Positions 56,082 through 57,086 of a DNA stretch of 57,086 nucleotides are shown piece after piece. The translations under genes were made by a program, and so were the position numbers. This DNA comes from a virus (lineage: Duplodnaviria; Caudoviricetes). Numbering within the stretch: the stretch's first letter is position 1; each line of letters starts with the position of its first letter. The stretch covers positions 1 through 57,086 of IMG/VR virus record IMGVR_UViG_3300030328_001660; one strand, written 5' to 3'. Below the pieces are notes generated by a model that did not search any database, was not told the DNA's origin, and saw only the letters and a list, made by a program, of their open reading frames with translations.

Positions 56082-57020
56082 ATGACCGCAGGACAATACG
56101 TAGACGCAGCCACTAACTATAAAAAAACTAGGGGCATTGCTTCTAATAACCATAGGAATGAGTACATTGGATCATTCGAGGTTAGGAAGGATGCAAGGAC
56201 AGAGCTTTGGTATCTTAAGGTTAACGAAGATCGTCTTATTGGTACAAAGTTTCCTACTCAGAAGGAAGCTCTTGCTGTCCTGCATGGTCTGTTTACTGGC
56301 ATGGATGCAAAGAAGGATGGCATGAACGCTATTATTAACCGCATGGTTTCTCAGGGCCGTGGTATTATTGACGCTGACAAGGCAACCCAGACTCTTGTTC
56401 TTAGGTTTGGTAATGATACTAGTAATGGATTCCAAGAAGGGGGCAAAGCCTATTCAAGCACAGGAGATAATATTCTTTCTCCTACGCACGACGGAACAAC
56501 CATAGCCGACTCGGGAACTACGGACTGGTGGACATCAGGTGGAAATAAACTTAGATTGTTTGCTGGTAACTATATGCAAACGGTAGGGCCACTTGGAAGT
56601 GCAACATCTGTAGTCCAGAATGGTTCTGATGATATTTATAAAATGTCTGGAGGTACTTCCGCTGAAAATAAGACTGCTAATGGATTATATTTTGCTAAGT
56701 TTACTGCTACTGCTACTGCAACGGTGCGGCGAGATGGAGAAAGTTCTTTCGCTGCAATCCCAAGCAACGGAGCTACTCACGACGGGAATGCACCGCAATC
56801 TAACAGCGGACAAAGCTCGTTAGATCTTACAAAGGGTGGTACTGGGATTGGTGGAAGTGCGCAATCATTTTATATAAACTCTGATTTGAACTTTACTAGC
56901 GATAATACTTATGGCTTTGGAACTTATGTTTCTGCCGGTGGTTCGGCGTTATCGTGGATGGATCTTAATAACGATTATGATGATGACTTTGAATTAACTA
57001 TAGTTGTAACGGAGCTTTAG
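56082..57020 (+). CDS. Hypothetical protein, Gly/Ser/Thr-rich C-terminal half (possibly structural)
   Basis: 312-aa ORF with AAGGGG RBS. Confidence 0.6.
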   Translation: MTAGQYVDAATNYKKTRGIASNNHRNEYIGSFEVRKDARTELWYLKVNEDRLIGTKFPTQKEALAVLHGLFTGMDAKKDGMNAIINRMVSQGRGIIDADKATQTLVLRFGNDTSNGFQEGGKAYSSTGDNILSPTHDGTTIADSGTTDWWTSGGNKLRLFAGNYMQTVGPLGSATSVVQNGSDDIYKMSGGTSAENKTANGLYFAKFTATATATVRRDGESSFAAIPSNGATHDGNAPQSNSGQSSLDLTKGGTGIGGSAQSFYINSDLNFTSDNTYGFGTYVSAGGSALSWMDLNNDYDDDFELTIVVTEL

Positions 57021-57086
57021 TATGACTGGTCAGTTTAACGCAGCCGATAACAAACAAAGCAGAGGTATTTCTTCTGGCCTAGCCCG

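Noticed and set aside
1-57086. Integrase/att site, CRISPR array, introns/inteins, alternative genetic code
   Set aside because: No recombinase motifs or spaced repeats. Core enzymes have normal or short lengths without insertions. Long ORFs read through under the standard code and all three stops are used.

Overview
The window is most of a lytic T7-like (Autographiviridae-type) podophage genome, with all credible genes on the + strand. It opens inside the virion module: the probable capsid 3' end and a terminator, tail tube A/B, a beta-helix tail fibre, terminase small/large subunits, internal virion proteins and a 4764-aa giant protein. At about 30.8 kb it switches abruptly to a GC-rich, hairpin-dense early region. 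Then come many small genes, ThyX, four tRNAs, a canonical T7-type RNA polymerase and a replication module (SSB, RusA, primase-helicase, Pol A, exonuclease, class II RNR). Portal, scaffold and most of the capsid gene lie outside the window. The main finding is the transcription apparatus. Besides the canonical RNAP (42672-45128) there is a second, short, very divergent single-subunit RNAP-like gene (31984-33807), an RNAP-like motif A/B domain plus a zincin motif inside the giant protein (a candidate virion RNAP), and an ECF-sigma-like gene (34808-35293). The four tRNAs read the AT-rich codons AAA, AGA, TTA and probably ATA, which are common in the late genes and scarce in the GC-rich early genes. 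A dockerin-like repeat points to a Planctomycetota (Phycisphaerae) host. A ~640-nt structured non-coding region is a candidate ncRNA. All calls come from motif recognition by eye; no searches were run.
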